Notes under the pieces: model-generated | Seen by the model: only the letters and a program-made list of their open reading frames with translations | Databases searched by the model: none | Told to the model about the DNA's origin: nothing | Program-made: the position numbers and the translations under genes | IMG/VR virus record: IMGVR_UViG_2895319678_000007 | Strand: one strand, 5' to 3' | Length of the DNA: 64,000 nt | From: a virus | Part shown: one piece after another, positions 36,933 through 46,583 of the stretch | Position numbering within the stretch: position 1 is the stretch's first letter | Layout of the letters: each line of letters opens with the position of its first letter

Positions 36933-38455
36933 ACTCTTTTCCTCCGGACAAAATGATACCGGGTGCGTGGTTTTACCCGTTCATCGGGGGCATTGTCGCT
37001 GCGACTGTTCACCACATCATAACCCAAACATAAGTACTGTAATGCGTCCATCAGATCCGACACCCAACCAATATGGGATTTTGTCGGCGTCTCCATGACG
37101 GTATCCGTCTTACCTTTGATATTTTCATAAATATATTTATCATCGATGGCTTTAATGGTCATGACACAGTTGTCACATATTTGCAGCATAGGTACTCCCT
37201 CGCTGTCTAATGTTCGGAGACGACGACTGACCGCTTCAATACGCGGCTCCAGTTTATTTCGGGTATCCCACGGTACGGAGATGGGAATTTTTCGCTGTCG
37301 CAATACACCAAAAGGAGACAGCTCTACGGCTTGTCCTTTATCGGCCCCCGCCGGATCACCCCACGCGCCCGCAATAACATTACGCGTATACTTCTGCATG
37401 AGAACCGGACGACAATAACCGTCAAACAAGGTGGAGACGGCCATCGCCTCCCCCATCACTTCATCCGTGATCACAATACGCCCTGTCTTCGTCCCAATGC
37501 CTATCAGCATGACGGGGGTTCGTCCGAAGTCAAAAGCAAGATAAACCGGGGCACCATCAGGAATACGAACACTATTGCGGGGAATAACATGAAGCGGAAC
37601 ACGAAACTCCGGGAACACCACCTTGCCTGTTTTCAGGGGGGAAAACATTCCTTCAACATAAGCCCGGATATAGTCATCGGAATTTCCCAGCATCTTATAA
37701 TAATAATTATAGCCGTCAGCCAGATTATGAATGTTTTCGGCTTTTGGATTGGGTATCCATTCTCCGCCGGGATCTTTCGGCCGTAACAAGGCAGGCGGTT
37801 GTTTGAATAATTCAAAATACGGGCGACCAATTTCGCGTTCGATTTTTTCCCAGATAGGCTTTTTCTGTAATGACCAGGTATAAAGCCAATGGCTTTCTTT
37901 GGGGCCGTTGGTGGTAAATAACATACCTGTCCAGGTAGGAGTGCCCCGCACCGCTGACGGATAACGCCCGATACGTGTTGAAATCACTTCGACAATTTCT
38001 TCAGGTATCTCTGAGGCTTCATCAATCATCACCCCCGTCATTTCGGCACCCAGCGCGTCCCCTAATGCCGCTTCACTGTCCATTGCGGCAAATTGCCATT
38101 CACTGTGAATGCGCGTTCCATCCGGTAAATCCATCTGCCACGTCGCCAGAATATTGGGGCTTTCCACCACATGGCTGTAATTCATAAGGCCACCCATTGC
38201 CAGTTTGAACGTTTCTAATGTGTTACGTTTTAACTGCTTGTTGGTATTTCGAATGACGACCCAACGGGTATAACGCGTGCGGTCTGCGTTGGCCGGAGAC
38301 TGAATGAGAGAACGGATGATCAAATCTTTAAATGCCTTCGTCGTTTTTGCCGATCCCGCTGGCCCAATGACGCCCCGGATATAAGCATTACTTCGGTGCA
38401 TCTGTAATAGCGTTTGATGTTTATCAAAACTTAAATCTACTTCGAGACGCGCCAT
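36929..38455 (-). CDS. terL: Terminase large subunit
   Basis: Walker A GPAGSAKT, Walker B VMIDEASE, RNase H motifs AFDFGRTP and DLMDALQY. Confidence 0.93.
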   Translation of the reverse strand: MARLEVDLSFDKHQTLLQMHRSNAYIRGVIGPAGSAKTTKAFKDLIIRSLIQSPANADRTRYTRWVVIRNTNKQLKRNTLETFKLAMGGLMNYSHVVESPNILATWQMDLPDGTRIHSEWQFAAMDSEAALGDALGAEMTGVMIDEASEIPEEIVEVISTRIGRYPSAVRGTPTWTGMLFTTNGPKESHWLYTWSLQKKPIWEKIEREIGRPYFELFKQPPALLRPKDPGGEWIPNPKAENIHNLADGYNYYYKMLGNSDDYIRAYVEGMFSPLKTGKVVFPEFRVPLHVIPRNSVRIPDGAPVYLAFDFGRTPVMLIGIGTKTGRIVITDEVMGEAMAVSTLFDGYCRPVLMQKYTRNVIAGAWGDPAGADKGQAVELSPFGVLRQRKIPISVPWDTRNKLEPRIEAVSRRLRTLDSEGVPMLQICDNCVMTIKAIDDKYIYENIKGKTDTVMETPTKSHIGWVSDLMDALQYLCLGYDVVNSRSDNAPDERVKPRTRYHFVRRKRV

Positions 38456-39150
38456 TAATCCGCCTCCATATCAATCACAATCTCCTGTTCCGATACGGCT
38501 TTTAACTTCGGTGAAAAGGGACTCTGGTCACCAAAATTAAACACGATATTCGCCGCCGAGCCGGGATTTATCATATCGCTTTTCTCATTACGCGGTATGG
38601 CATCAGCCACCTGTGCCATTGCAGTAAAGGCGCGTACACGATCTGAATCTTTTGTATTCTTATTCATCACTAAATCGTGGATGGCATCAAGTTGTGCATC
38701 CACCATTAACTTCGCCCTGGCACGTAACATCCCGTTCACGTCTTTTTCCATGTCTTTTCGGAACGTTTTGACCAATAAAGCAAAATCGTCTTCTTTCAGT
38801 TTTAAAAGCACATCATCATCCGACAGACTATATGCTTTACAAATAAGACTAATTTTATTATCACCAAAGTAGGCAATATCTCGCGCCAATGTCACGTCTG
38901 TCGCCAACATCGTCTGCAATTCACTGCGCAATCGATCATGGATCACCTGGCTTGACCGTTCACTATCCGGAAATGTACGCTCATCAGACCAGAGTTTTTC
39001 CGTGTCACTCCACGTTGTTTCTGCTAATTGACTAATTGCGGAAAGCGGATCATGCTGTTCTTCATCAAATAACGAAAAAGGAAAATCATCTGGCCCCAGC
39101 ATAAGATGTAATGGCTTATCACCGAACATACGCGATTCCTCAGAGGTCAT
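38455..39150 (-). CDS. terS: Probable terminase small subunit
   Basis: Directly upstream of terL; helical DSDRVRAFTAMAQVA...NIVFNFG. Confidence 0.7.
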   Translation of the reverse strand: MTSEESRMFGDKPLHLMLGPDDFPFSLFDEEQHDPLSAISQLAETTWSDTEKLWSDERTFPDSERSSQVIHDRLRSELQTMLATDVTLARDIAYFGDNKISLICKAYSLSDDDVLLKLKEDDFALLVKTFRKDMEKDVNGMLRARAKLMVDAQLDAIHDLVMNKNTKDSDRVRAFTAMAQVADAIPRNEKSDMINPGSAANIVFNFGDQSPFSPKLKAVSEQEIVIDMEAD

Positions 39151-39639
39151 ATGTCCTATCCTAATGGTACTATTATTAAATCAGCCCAAAATTTTCCCCG
39201 TTACACCCGATTTGGTAATGGCTGTATTTTCGCACCTGGCTGTTCCTTTTCAAATCCCTGTTATTTTGGTAAAGGCTGTCTCTTTCAAAAAGGGTGTGCA
39301 CTTAATTTTGTCCCTGATAATAAGCCTCATCCCCCTCATGAAACGGGTGAGGGCAATGTTTTTGCAGAAAATTGTACCCTTATGTATGTTATTGTGGGTA
39401 CGGCTAATGTAATACGCAATCCGGCCATGTATCAACCTGTCTCACAAGGTCTTGGCACCATCGTTGGTGATGGACATAATCACAATAATTCATGTCAAAT
39501 ATCCAGTACTATTACGTACACAAAAGGACAGGTTATTTCAGATTGCCGTGTAAGTCAGAATTGGAAAGACGCTTCACAACCCGATGGCTTTACTCACGAT
39601 ACCGCCAAAGTCAAAGATACCTCCTGGGGGATAACATGA
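39151..39639 (+). CDS. Hexapeptide-repeat (FGxxCx) left-handed beta-helix-like protein
   Basis: FGNGCI-FAPGCS-FSNPCY-FGKGCL-FQKGCA; SD GAGG; ATGA-coupled to the next ORF. Confidence 0.65.
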   Translation: MSYPNGTIIKSAQNFPRYTRFGNGCIFAPGCSFSNPCYFGKGCLFQKGCALNFVPDNKPHPPHETGEGNVFAENCTLMYVIVGTANVIRNPAMYQPVSQGLGTIVGDGHNHNNSCQISSTITYTKGQVISDCRVSQNWKDASQPDGFTHDTAKVKDTSWGIT

Positions 39640-39830
39640 ATCAATTAGACGACAACAGAATCCAATTAAAAGACAGCGAAGCCCTTTCTGTCCGCGTAAC
39701 AGATTGTGCTACCAATAAAAATCAAACGAATAATACACAATCTTATCAATCCGACTATGATGGTAAATCCTATAAACCACCGGTCACCTATCAGGGGCGC
39801 ACAAAAAATGATCCTATTTATTCGACGTAA
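39636..39830 (+). CDS. 64-aa hypothetical protein
   Basis: ATG overlaps the upstream TGA; converges on the fibre gene. Confidence 0.5.
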   Translation: MNQLDDNRIQLKDSEALSVRVTDCATNKNQTNNTQSYQSDYDGKSYKPPVTYQGRTKNDPIYST

Positions 39831-41775
39831 GAGTCAACATATTTGCGTTCGACAACAACTGAATCACCTGATTTAAGGTCTTTATCACATCCCCCAGTGA
39901 TGCGTCTGCGGGAAGAAGTGAGACAATATTATCTTTATTATTTTTATACGCATCAGAAATAGTCGCCAAACTGTATAGATCCTGCGGTGGCAATGTATCT
40001 CCTAAAATCGTCGTATCAAGATAGAGCTTTACACGACCATCATGGGCAAAGCCTATTACGCCTCCTCTATACTCCCCCATTTTGTCCTGCGGATTGACTT
40101 TTTTAAAGCCAGAAAAAATAACATCAGGTTTACCTTCTGTGAAAACTTTATCTTCTTGATCCTTACTGAAAATATTATTCGAAGCCAGCCAATACGACCC
40201 TGCAATATCCTGTATATAAATTTGAGCCATATTACTGTTTAAAAGATCTGCCCACTGAGTGAAGTCAATACTAGCACTCATAAAATCTCTTACAACAACA
40301 CCGTTTGGTATGAGTGCGATTTGATACGAACCATTACCACTGACTATCACTCTTATTTTGGCAGAAGGATCAGAGGTTGGCCCATTTTTTATGGTATTCG
40401 GTGTCGGATTCGTTGTTGCATCGTAGTCACCTTCCCAAATAATGTAGGTCATTGGCCCCGACAACGTATTAAAATCCACCGGATTTTCTTTTGTTGAAGG
40501 TAATTCCTTTACATTCACCACTTTTTGTAACTGTTCCACATTCACCGCATCATAAGGCAATGTTCCTGCTGCGACATTGGTGAGTGTTCTCTGCAAATTT
40601 GCACCAACGTTGCCTATCGATACGGTATCCGGAGTGGTCACGCTACTTTGATATCCAATAGCGACACTTCCTTTCGCAGTCACTTGTGCTTCATTGCCGA
40701 CCGCTATCGCGTTTTCAAATGCACTGCTCTTTTTACCAATCGCAATTGCGCCTTTTTCTGTTGATTGTGCACTGAGTCCGATGGCAATAGTCTGATCGTA
40801 TATGGCCTGTGCACTTATACCAAGAGCAATAGCTTGCGCACCTGTTCCCGTTGCATTTACCCCTAGCGCGATCCCCCCATGAGGCGCAGTCGTATTAGCA
40901 CTCAGATCGCCCACCTCAGAATCCGCCGCAACAGACAAATAGCGAGCCACCTCTTTCGTAATCCCCACGACATACAATCCCTTTTCTGAATATGTCAGCC
41001 CGTTGGAAACGTCATTAGCAATGAATAAACTGACTTTGGTAGGATCATCGGGTTTTTGACTATCTGTCTTCACCTGAAACTGTGTGTAAAGAAAAGATTG
41101 CTTTGGCACATAAAGGCCATCATCTTCGCTAAATAGTACATTATCTTCTTTAGCACTAACGGAAGCCCCCTTTCCTGTTCCTCCTGCACTAAAGAGCCCA
41201 TCCTTTTCCAAAGTCAGTGCATTCCCTTTTTGATTGGACAGTTGAACGCCAATTGTCGTTGTTTTATGTGTTTCATCAACCGTGGTCTGCGTAGTGATAA
41301 TTGATGCATCTTTTGCGCTGATTTTATCCTCTATCGTAGGGCCTACCTTTCCTTTCATCGAATCTTCAAAGGCTTTTTCTGATGTATCGGCTCCGACAGG
41401 TTGTTTCGACTTCCAGAATTCATATGCCGATTCTCCAGTCTTCCCTTCCATATATTTCTCAAAGGCTTTTTCTGATGTATCGGCTCCGACAGGTTGTTTC
41501 GACTTCCAGAATTCATATGCCGATTCTCCAGTCTTCCCTTCCATGTATTTTTCAAAGGCTTTTTTCGATGTATCCGAACCCCGAGATTGCTGCTCTTTCC
41601 AGAATTCATACGCAGATTCTCCGGTCTTCCCTTCCATGTATTTTTCAAAGGCACACTCCGATGTATCCGAACCCGAAGGCTGGTGCTCTTTCCAAAATTC
41701 ATACGCAGATTCTCCGGGTTTACCACGGCGCATGGGACGATTACCTAATGTGCGATCATTTTCACAGCCGTTCAT
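39814..41775 (-). CDS. Virion fibre with 31-aa repeats, YadA-like head/neck and head-fibre-like C-terminus
   Basis: GESAYEFWK repeats; xAIAIG repeats; RTLTNVAAG...DAVNVEQL neck; DASLGDVIKTLNQVIQLL end; no beta-barrel anchor or signal peptide. Confidence 0.8.
   Translation of the reverse strand: MNGCENDRTLGNRPMRRGKPGESAYEFWKEHQPSGSDTSECAFEKYMEGKTGESAYEFWKEQQSRGSDTSKKAFEKYMEGKTGESAYEFWKSKQPVGADTSEKAFEKYMEGKTGESAYEFWKSKQPVGADTSEKAFEDSMKGKVGPTIEDKISAKDASIITTQTTVDETHKTTTIGVQLSNQKGNALTLEKDGLFSAGGTGKGASVSAKEDNVLFSEDDGLYVPKQSFLYTQFQVKTDSQKPDDPTKVSLFIANDVSNGLTYSEKGLYVVGITKEVARYLSVAADSEVGDLSANTTAPHGGIALGVNATGTGAQAIALGISAQAIYDQTIAIGLSAQSTEKGAIAIGKKSSAFENAIAVGNEAQVTAKGSVAIGYQSSVTTPDTVSIGNVGANLQRTLTNVAAGTLPYDAVNVEQLQKVVNVKELPSTKENPVDFNTLSGPMTYIIWEGDYDATTNPTPNTIKNGPTSDPSAKIRVIVSGNGSYQIALIPNGVVVRDFMSASIDFTQWADLLNSNMAQIYIQDIAGSYWLASNNIFSKDQEDKVFTEGKPDVIFSGFKKVNPQDKMGEYRGGVIGFAHDGRVKLYLDTTILGDTLPPQDLYSLATISDAYKNNKDNIVSLLPADASLGDVIKTLNQVIQLLSNANMLTLTSNK
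41353..41724. repeat. 93-bp tandem repeat x4 (coding)
   Basis: Encodes GK(T/P)GESAYEFWK...DTSE.AFEKYME. Confidence 0.93.
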
Positions 41776-41856
41776 TTTATCACCCTTAATAGACCAATTT
41801 TTTAACAGTATACCTCTTAACCAACAACTTTTAATGTTCTGTCTTTCTATATCAAT

Positions 41857-42042
41857 AAAGACTCAATAAATAACTTTGTATGACTCAATATGAGATTTTA
41901 TCGGTGCGCTTATTTGTGAACATACGAATATTTCTCAAATTGAGTCATTGAAAGACTCAATAAATATCTTTGTGTGTTCGATTTTGCACTTATGGATTTT
42001 GTACGCTATAATTTTAACTTTTGTATGACTCAAATTGAGAAA
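41857..42042. promoter_or_regulatory. parC-like centromere/operator repeats
   Basis: GACTCAA motif five times, in direct and inverted arrangement, immediately upstream of parM. Confidence 0.72.
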
Positions 42043-42060
42043 TTAAAAAGGGGTATTGAA

Positions 42061-43044
42061 ATGCATGTTGCTTGTGATGATGGCTCTACCGCCGTTAAAT
42101 TAGCCTGGTTTGAAGACGATAAATTAGAGACGTTTACGTCACTGCATTCTTTTCGTAAAGGATGGGCCGTCAATAGCGGAATAGGTAAACGACAACTATT
42201 TAATTTTGAAATTGCGAATACCAACTATACCTTTGGGTACGCTGATAGCCGCTCGTTAAGCAGTACCAATATTGAATACCAATACAATGATCTGAATCTG
42301 CTGGCGATACACCATGCATTACTAACCAGTGGCATTCCACTACAACCCGTTGATCTCACCGTCACACTGCCTATCAGTGAGTACTACAATGCAGACTGTC
42401 AGAAAAACACATTGAACATCGAACGTAAAATCGCCAATGTGCTTCGTCCGATTAAGCTGAATAACGGTGAATGCTTTCCTATCCGCAACGTTGACGTCAT
42501 GCCGGAATCACTGACTGCGATTTTTTCTGCGGTAGCGAAATATAATGTTGGCCCAATGGAAAAATCGCTGGTGATTGATTTAGGCGGTACAACTATAGAT
42601 AACGCCATTATTCTCGGACAGTTTGAAGAAATTACCAATATTCACGGCAATTCCAATATCGGTATGAATCTTGTCACAAAGCCTGTTATGTCCGCGTTAC
42701 AAATGGCAGATAGTAATATGAGTGAATATATGGTTGATGAAGTTATTCGCCAACACAATAACACCGATTTTTTAAAACAGGTTATCAATAACCATGCCAA
42801 AATTCCGTTCGTTTTAGATACCATGAAGCAAGCGATAGAACAGTTAAACAAACTTGTTATCAACGAATTATCCGATTTTCGTGATGTTAATCGTGTCTGG
42901 ATCGTGGGGGGAGCAGCGGAAGTGATTGAACCATCCATTCGGAAAAACTGGCCGATTCCAAAGGAAAAAATCATTGTCGTTCCTAATGCACAGACCGCAC
43001 AAGCCAGAGAAATTGCGATGTACATGAGACAAAAAGGATCATAA
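42061..43044 (+). CDS. stbA: Actin-like partition ATPase ParM/StbA
   Basis: VACDDGSTAVKLAW, VTLPISEY, VMPESL, IDLGGTTID, IVGGAA; start corrected to 42061. Confidence 0.95.
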   Translation: MHVACDDGSTAVKLAWFEDDKLETFTSLHSFRKGWAVNSGIGKRQLFNFEIANTNYTFGYADSRSLSSTNIEYQYNDLNLLAIHHALLTSGIPLQPVDLTVTLPISEYYNADCQKNTLNIERKIANVLRPIKLNNGECFPIRNVDVMPESLTAIFSAVAKYNVGPMEKSLVIDLGGTTIDNAIILGQFEEITNIHGNSNIGMNLVTKPVMSALQMADSNMSEYMVDEVIRQHNNTDFLKQVINNHAKIPFVLDTMKQAIEQLNKLVINELSDFRDVNRVWIVGGAAEVIEPSIRKNWPIPKEKIIVVPNAQTAQAREIAMYMRQKGS

Positions 43045-43048
43045 TGCT

Positions 43049-43435
43049 ATGACCACTCAAACACCCACACGACAAAAAGTTATCAGCTACTTGCAACTTG
43101 ACCATACGGCAGATCGTCATGCTAGTCAGGTGATGAGTTCTATCCCACAGCGGGAACGGGGAACATTTCAACGCAATGCGCTTATTTTAATGTCCGCGCT
43201 TCATCAAATTGACCCTCGCTTACCGATATTAATCACCACACTTTATGATGGCAAACTCACTCCAGAACAACTTTATACGTTGCTTTGTCAAACGACTGGC
43301 TGGAAACCGGATAATGCTCCGATCAATACAGTGACAAGCATGATACCTGAAACGGAGTCCACGTCAGCTTCTCCTGAAATAACGGAAACCGTTGAGACAT
43401 CCACCGTTTATAATAATCTGGCAGGAAAGTTCTAA
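43049..43435 (+). CDS. stbB: Partition adaptor ParR/StbB
   Basis: SYLQLD..ADR, RGTFQRNALI..ALHQIDPRLP. Confidence 0.9.
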   Translation: MTTQTPTRQKVISYLQLDHTADRHASQVMSSIPQRERGTFQRNALILMSALHQIDPRLPILITTLYDGKLTPEQLYTLLCQTTGWKPDNAPINTVTSMIPETESTSASPEITETVETSTVYNNLAGKF

Positions 43436-43442
43436 ATAAACG

Positions 43443-43470
43443 CCCCTGATAGTCGATTTGTTATCAGGGG
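43443..43470. terminator. Bidirectional hairpin terminator
   Basis: CCCCTGATA-N10-TATCAGGGG. Confidence 0.7.
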
Positions 43471-43501
43471 TAAAATCACCGGTGAGAAAAATAGTGACGT
43501 T

Positions 43502-44068
43502 TTATTTTTCTTCCGTCTGTTCATGGTTCCGGTGATTGATCGCCCGAAGATGATGTCGAAACGTTATGATCAGATACGCTTGTTGCGCTTGCTCCCCGAT
43601 ATGTTGGGGAATCTCTGTTCCCTCAAGAGCGCCCCCCGGTGCACAACAGGCATAGAACACGCTGACACCGAGTAATTTTCCTAACTCCGTGGCGGGTACG
43701 TTGATTCTTTGCCACTCATAAAAACTTTGATCACCCTCGTCATAAGGTATTTTACCTAATGCTTCAAGATAAATATCCTGCATTGTCATTTGGAATTCAC
43801 CGCGACAAAACTGAATAGATTGCTGTGTTTCATCTTTCTTCCCGATAACAACAATCTCTTTTTTACGGGCTTCAATAATCAGTTTTTCCCAGTCGTGATC
43901 TGTCAGGTGTTTCACCTCATCAAGTGGGTAAGACCGTTCCAGCCCCCGTGTTCCTCTATGCATTTCTATAGACAAAGGAATAGGCAAGTACTTTATTTTT
44001 GGCACTGAAGCCAATGCTTTTTCCATATCGTCCAGAATAGTTTCAATAGTATAGTGTCTCATTGACAT
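43502..44068 (-). CDS. Hypothetical protein
   Basis: 188-aa ORF with SD AAGGA. Confidence 0.6.
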   Translation of the reverse strand: MSMRHYTIETILDDMEKALASVPKIKYLPIPLSIEMHRGTRGLERSYPLDEVKHLTDHDWEKLIIEARKKEIVVIGKKDETQQSIQFCRGEFQMTMQDIYLEALGKIPYDEGDQSFYEWQRINVPATELGKLLGVSVFYACCAPGGALEGTEIPQHIGEQAQQAYLIITFRHHLRAINHRNHEQTEEK

Positions 44069-44440
44069 TCCTTAATACGTTTATCACTAACACAAGTATA
44101 ACAGTCTAAACGTTCATCGGAAATGTTCGTTTTTCATTATAAAAATAGGGGGAGGGGAGTGCTTTTGACATCGGGACATGTTGGTTGACATAGGGGGCAT
44201 CGGTATATTTAGAAAAACGATGAGGATCTTGTGAGGTTGCCCCACCGCGCGACGGGCGTACCGGCCACCGAATTTCCCATAAGGGGGGCTTCCCACGCGG
44301 CTAAAAGGTATTCTGGACGCCAGACAAAACGCGAAATAAGCCCTTGATATTATAGTTTAATATTATAATCACATGACAACATAACGCCGCGTGACAGCTT
44401 CTATTACCCTTATTTCACTCGAATGTTCCCTTTGCTATCA

Positions 44441-44470
44441 GACACAAAAAAACCCCGCATAGTGCGAGGC
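44441..44470 (-). terminator. Intrinsic terminator (twin copy at 44617-44645)
   Basis: GCCTCGCACTA(T)GCGGGG-polyT on the minus strand, present twice 176 bp apart. Confidence 0.8.
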
Positions 44471-44667
44471 TGATAATAACTGACGCATTTTTAATCTATC
44501 AAAAAGTATACTTTTTGAGATGCGCAAATTTACTCTATCAAAAGTCCTATTATATGTGATTTATCAAATAGCCTTAAAGATATTGATAGCATTGTGCCTT
44601 TTAACGCTGACTTATAGACACAAAAAAGCCCCGCTAGTGCGAGGCAGTTAATACCGTCTATTGATTA

Positions 44668-45321
44668 TTACTTAATGTCGTCAATTTCGGGGATCGGTTG
44701 CTCTTTCATTGCTTCCAGTTCTAGCAGTAAGGCCATGCGGTTAGTTTGATCAAGCTGCAAAAAGAGTGACTTTATCAATTTATATTGGCGGGCTTGAGGG
44801 AGCATCGTAAACCCCTCCGCAATATCACTCATCTTTGTTACGGCAAGAAACGATTTCGCTTTGATCTCGTCGTCGCGCGTATCCGTACCTTTACTACTAC
44901 TTTTCGCCGTATCATAGCGACTTTTCGCCGCATTAAATAATCGCCTTAGATTATTAAATACCACCTCTGCATTAACGCATTCGTCTGTATTGTTATCTAT
45001 CGCGGTTACTTTCAGCTCACCCCTATCAAACATATCCTTAATTTCTTGTTTAAAGAAGGGTAGAACCGTTTCTAAGACAGATCCTTTCTTCACAATTTGC
45101 GTGACATAAAAAATAAAAACTTCCGCTTTTAATTTATGGTCAGCTTTTGCAACGCGATAGACTTCATTAATTAACGTCTTACGCTCTGTAAGTCCAGTAA
45201 GTTTATACTGGTCATGTTTTTCTACTGTCTCTTTCGCTTTTTTCATCTCGGCAATCGCGGCGGCGGCAATCGTTGCCGTTGCTGCTGTTTTCTTTTGAGT
45301 CTTAACGGTATTGGTTAACAT
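44668..45321 (-). CDS. Hypothetical basic helical protein with its own sigma70 promoter
   Basis: SD AGAGG; TTGACA-17-TATATT at 45367-45395 on the minus strand. Confidence 0.65.
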   Translation of the reverse strand: MLTNTVKTQKKTAATATIAAAAIAEMKKAKETVEKHDQYKLTGLTERKTLINEVYRVAKADHKLKAEVFIFYVTQIVKKGSVLETVLPFFKQEIKDMFDRGELKVTAIDNNTDECVNAEVVFNNLRRLFNAAKSRYDTAKSSSKGTDTRDDEIKAKSFLAVTKMSDIAEGFTMLPQARQYKLIKSLFLQLDQTNRMALLLELEAMKEQPIPEIDDIK

Positions 45322-45699
45322 GATAAACCTCTTCTATAAGTGGCAATATTGCCTAGCATGTAATCAATATAGGTCATTTATTCGCCTATGTCAAACCTAA
45401 GATACTATTAAACAACATATAAACACTGTATATAAAAACACCATGCGACCAATAAGACAAGATAAAACGATCTCATTTTCTAAAAATTCAATTTCAAAAA
45501 CGCAATCATGTTCCTTTATTTTTTTAACCTCTTTTTCTTTTTTACGATCACATAGGTAAGGTGCCGTTATTGAGCGACAGAAAATGCGGGTATGTGATAC
45601 GCAATAAAATTGCATAATAATTCATTATTAATGAATAAGAAGTCACTAGTATTATTTTGAAATGCTACTACTCCACTTCAAATTTTTATCAAATCGCTG

Positions 45700-46450
45700 T
45701 ATAAATCGCGTGGGGCAACTATGTTCTATGACATAGAGCAGTTCCGTCTGTACGCAGAATCATGCTGTGCGCAGCCTGTAATGCGATTCTTTCTGTACGC
45801 GCCGAGGAGCACGCCGCTCTGTACAAGCCGGAAGCACGCTTAACATTTTATTAACATATTTTAACAATCGGTTAACAACTGGCTTTATTTATTTCTTTTA
45901 TTATCAAGTACTTAATCATACGACATAACAGGCGCACCGGATGCTGTTATGTCGCGTCGCCAGTAACTCATTGTTTTTAAAGGGTGCGCAGCAAATAAAA
46001 ACTGTGCTAACGTTTGCTATCTGTACTGGCGCACGGCATGTCACGTACTATCTCTGCCTGCGCTTTGTACAGAGCGATTTTTTCATATCAAAATCGTAAT
46101 ATAATTGGCATAGAGAAAGAAAAAAGATGTATATATATAATATCATTAATTAATTATAAATATATATATAAGTGTATCGTGTATTGATTTACCTAACGTG
46201 CTATTTTTTCCCTGTTTTTTGCAAAAAACATCTATGAAAAAATTGAAGTGTCAAAAATCATTTTTTCTGTTTTCCCCTTTTTTGCATTTCTATTTTTAAG
46301 GAGATCTTTTTTTCAATTTTTGGCAAGTGTCATGTAGTGTGCAGTTTTTCAATGCAATACATTGATTTTAAACAACAAAAAATGCTACCACTCTTAAAGA
46401 TGCGTCTTATAAGACATTGATTTAATTAAATATTTTTAGAAAGCGTTAGA
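45700..46450. other. Structured non-coding region (candidate lytic origin or packaging site) with IHF sites
   Basis: IHF consensus matches at 45902, 46355 and 46410; phased TTAACA x4; TCTGTAC x5; 11-bp inverted repeat; AT-only tract ~46128-46150. Confidence 0.55.
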
Positions 46451-46518
46451 GCAAAATCAAATAGTACGCTTTATTCTTTTATTTCATTTTTATGCAAAAC
46501 CAAAATAGAAACCTTTTT

Positions 46519-46549
46519 ATTTGACATACATTCATTGCTTGAAAAAATA
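46519..46549 (+). promoter_or_regulatory. Repeated early promoter motif ATTTGACATA-N11-TGAGAAAATA (copies also at 51788, 52414, 53745)
   Basis: Four aligned copies with identical spacing, each just upstream of an early gene. Confidence 0.8.
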
Positions 46550-46583
46550 GATTATTCCTATGCACTCTAAAAAGGTTAATTTC

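Noticed and set aside
12074-41869. Numerous + strand and alternate-frame ORFs within the late genes (e.g. 41282-41869, 33091-33504)
   Set aside because: These are shadow ORFs of long minus-strand genes, with no RBS or motif support.
44451-44478. CCCCGC..GCGAGG..GATAA resembling a type I-E CRISPR repeat (RNA anti-CRISPR mimic)
   Set aside because: It is fully explained as a minus-strand intrinsic terminator with a poly-U tail, and the flanks do not match the repeat.
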